From the NCBI RefSeq assembly GCF_009834535.1, contig NC_045696.1, forward strand, positions 64,110,001-64,174,000: a stretch of 64,000 nt of DNA, read 5' to 3'. Shown piece after piece: positions 62,901 to 64,000 of the stretch; within the stretch, counting starts at the first letter, position 1, and every line of letters starts with the position of its first letter. Below the pieces are notes generated by a model. That model did no database searches. It was not told where the DNA came from and saw only the letters and a program-made list of their open reading frames with translations. A program made the position numbers and the translations under genes. Source of the DNA: Camelus ferus (lineage: Eukaryota).

Positions 62901-64000
62901 AATGGGATTTAAACATTCAAAATCTACACCTTAAATAATCTCTGACTGCCTTTATTCAAAACAGTGACTGGCATGGGAATTTCAGACTCGATGGCAGTAT
63001 TGCAAAGACTTCTTTGAAATGAAGATATGAAGCATTTGTTAATACAAACTTATCTGACTTAACCTGTAAGGCATCTCGTAACACTCTACAAAACGGACCA
63101 GTTTCCTGAAACTGTACCTTTGCAGTTTAAATCACAATCAATATCTGCTTAGCACTTTACAGTTTGCGGTGGGCTCTGACATTTATAATGAATGTGCTTG
63201 TGTGAGACTTGGCAACCTGTGAAATGATACACATATGATACATCCTCCCACCACCTGAAAGGGAGAGACAGTGGCACTCAGAGAGGGAAAGCGACTTGCT
63301 CACGTCACCCAGGAAGAGCAGCTCTACACCTTAGTCCCAGGGTTTCTTGACTCAAAGTCAAGTCACTGTCCCATTAAGCAAAATCACAAAGTAACCTGTG
63401 AGCTTCCTGTGGCAGTAAATGATTGTTTAATAATTTTATAACAAAAAGCAGATTAGGGGAGGAAGGCTGGGAGGAAAAGAAGGAGCATCTACTGCCATCT
63501 CCAAATCGTGCTAAACAGATACAGGCTTTTGAAAATTACAAGAGGGGAATAAGTTGGCAGAAGAGGCGTAAGGTACCTTCCTGCATCTGCTCTCGCCCCA
63601 CATCATGCCGCACAGAGAGAGGTTACCTTGCCTGAGCCAAGAAACTCCCCGCTGCCGTCCCGGTCTAACACGCTTGGTGCAGGTATGAGTCCAAATCTTG
63701 GCACTCCACTGTATTTCCACTGAACTGTGCTGCACACTCCATTGCTGGCTCCACGGGTGGCTGCGAGCAATAGCACAGAGGGTACCTGGCCCAGAGTGCT
63801 TTGCCTCATTCAGGACTGAGCTGGGCTCCAGAGACACCTGAGTTAATGCCCTCATTACTCATTGCTGGAGGAAACCCAGCTACAGCAAACACAAGGACAC
63901 ACAGCAACAGAGGCCAGATAATAACAATATGCAAATTAGTCTTGGAAACTGATCCTGGTCCCACTGAACAGGGACTGAAGAAACCAAAGGGGGTCTAATG

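Noticed and set aside
1..64000. A novel multi-gene system, CRISPR array or prokaryote-like operon
   Set aside because: The sequence is eukaryotic intron/exon DNA. No repeat-spacer array was seen, and coding signal is explained by ATP13A4, ATP13A5 and retroelement remnants.
58320..64000. ATP13A5 exon 8 missing, implying a truncated gene or pseudogene
   Set aside because: All seven visible exons are intact; the next exon most likely lies just beyond the window edge.

Overview
Mammalian genomic DNA, most likely camelid, judged from the lineage-type tRNA-derived SINEs and L1 3' ends. The window holds two tandem + strand P5B-type ATPase genes. The last five coding exons of ATP13A4 lie at 3119-13215, with a probable ~3.3 kb 3' UTR ending near AATAAA at 16512. 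The first seven coding exons of ATP13A5 run from the ATG at 27961 to the end of exon 7 at 58319; I could not find exon 8 before 64000. All 12 exons have canonical GT-AG borders and join in frame with no stops. The rest is intron and intergenic DNA rich in L1, SINE, MIR, L2, L3/CR1, MaLR/ERV LTRs, hAT MITEs and simple repeats. Almost all entries in the ORF track are incidental. I found no convincing evidence of a new biological system. The best leads are modest: a phase-compatible ATP13A4-ATP13A5 read-through fusion, a GAA expansion with an unexplained pyrimidine-rich insert in intron 1, an antisense MER41-like solo LTR, a three-level nested repeat, and a local 48-bp duplication. Gene and repeat names come from recalled sequence similarity, not database searches.
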